The notes under the pieces are model-generated. The model was not told the DNA's origin, made no database searches, and was given only the letters and a program-made list of their open reading frames with translations. From Lepidodermella squamata (lineage: Eukaryota; Animalia; Gastrotricha): 64,000 nucleotides of DNA. Location: NCBI GenBank assembly GCA_047495785.1, contig JBLDXI010000001.1, forward strand, positions 2,046,001 to 2,110,000, in the 5' to 3' direction. The translations under genes were made by a program, and so were the position numbers. Positions 63,110-64,000 of this stretch are shown in pieces; position 1 is the stretch's first letter, and the number at the start of each line of letters is the position of its first letter.

Positions 63110-64000
63110 TCAGGAAAGCTCGACAAGTAATGTGAACAGCAGCGCTGAAGAAACCAGCGTCGAAAATTGGAAAATGCTCATCGCGGAACTGTGTGCCTGT
63201 TCGTCCTCATCGGACCATTCGTACAGAGATATAGGAATTGCAACAGCATCAGATAAGGTAGTTGTGCTACTATGGCGCTTGGTCGATGAGCCCGAGTTGG
63301 TCGTGGTTTCAGGCTCACCTGAGGTCACTGTCGTCGAGGTTGTTGATTCTTCTTTCGCTGCCGTTGTTGTAGTAGTAGAGGGAGGGTTGGTTGTAGAGGT
63401 TGAGCTTGGCGTATTGGCGCCGGGGGTTCGGATAGGAACGGCTGGAGCAGGCGGTTTTGTCGATTGCGCAACCGCACTGGTTTTCGTTTTCAAATACTCA
63501 CTTTCAGCCGCATCAGCGTCTGGCGGCATTGAGCAGGGAGGTTCATTGGTCTTGCCTTGCATTTTCGAGACTGAATACATAGCTTCAGCTAATTTCTGGT
63601 TATTGCACACGTTTTTGATAGCCGAAGCCATACAGCCCGAAGATAAGGCGAACTGTTCGCAGTTGAGAGGCTCCGGGGCTGAGTCACCCTGTTTGCCACC
63701 CCCGCCGGGTATCAAATTGGCAAATTGGCCGAAGGAGGCGGAAAAGTCGCCATATGCAACGTTTTTGTAACCGCTGCAGTATTGCTGGTGAATATTGATG
63801 TCGTTATTATTACTCAGGCAATCAACGTATTGACTCAGCGCCTTGTCGACGCACAGGGTTGAAAGCACGGCTGCCCCGTCGCTGATAAGCTCTGGTAGAT
63901 TGGCGGGCAGTTTGGCGCCACCAGTTAGCCCGCCGAGCATACTCAATACACTCGGGCATTGCTGTAGAAGCTTGAGACACGCAAGAACTGAAGTGCTGCT
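63110..64000 (-). CDS. C-terminal part of a probable GPI-anchored surface protein (Cys-rich domain plus Ser/Thr/Pro mucin stalk)
   Basis: Frame is open to the window edge. Spaced cysteines, then a PST-rich tract, small residues HSSA and a terminal hydrophobic tail with no cytoplasmic domain. Confidence 0.8.
   Translation of the reverse strand, partial: SSTSVLACLKLLQQCPSVLSMLGGLTGGAKLPANLPELISDGAAVLSTLCVDKALSQYVDCLSNNNDINIHQQYCSGYKNVAYGDFSASFGQFANLIPGGGGKQGDSAPEPLNCEQFALSSGCMASAIKNVCNNQKLAEAMYSVSKMQGKTNEPPCSMPPDADAAESEYLKTKTSAVAQSTKPPAPAVPIRTPGANTPSSTSTTNPPSTTTTTAAKEESTTSTTVTSGEPETTTNSGSSTKRHSSTTTLSDAVAIPISLYEWSDEDEQAHSSAMSIFQFSTLVSSALLFTLLVELS

Noticed and set aside
63132-63770. 212-aa plus-strand ORF
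   Set aside because: Antisense shadow of the low-complexity mucin-like CDS. The same applies to most short ORFs overlapping called genes.

Overview
Eukaryotic (invertebrate metazoan-type) genomic DNA from a very compact genome, with GT-AG introns mostly 45-70 bp and intergenic gaps of 100-300 bp. The organism cannot be identified from the sequence alone. Bases 1-19428 are dominated by a near-identical ~10.87-kb tandem duplication (1-8562 = 10869-19428). It carries an orphan intronless ORF, MITE-like foldbacks, a galaxin-like secreted protein and R3HCC1, whose first copy is frameshifted and truncated. The largest difference between the copies matches what I recall as PacBio barcode bc1003, so the assembly here needs read-level checking. 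The rest is gene-dense: a bacterial-type enoyl-CoA hydratase, UBE2G2, a BTB/KCTD protein, a tetraspanin, CRACR2A/Rab46, a divergent Cys-loop channel, a signal-peptide JmjC protein, GNPTAB, TAF8, CLPP, a DUF1761-like protein, a Hox-type ceramide synthase, NCAPG2, two head-to-head ELOVL genes and a GPI-anchored mucin-like protein. Two system-level signals stand out. (i) A same-strand run DUF1761-CLPP-TAF8-GNPTAB-JmjC has 115-301 bp stop-to-start gaps, some with a poly(A) signal almost abutting an unpaired splice acceptor, which suggests an SL-trans-spliced eukaryotic operon. (ii) An intronless GABA-B-like GPCR is nested antisense inside a 4.5-kb GNPTAB intron, bracketed by two DNA-transposon MITEs. 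Gene models were spliced by eye, and family calls rest on recalled motifs rather than database searches.
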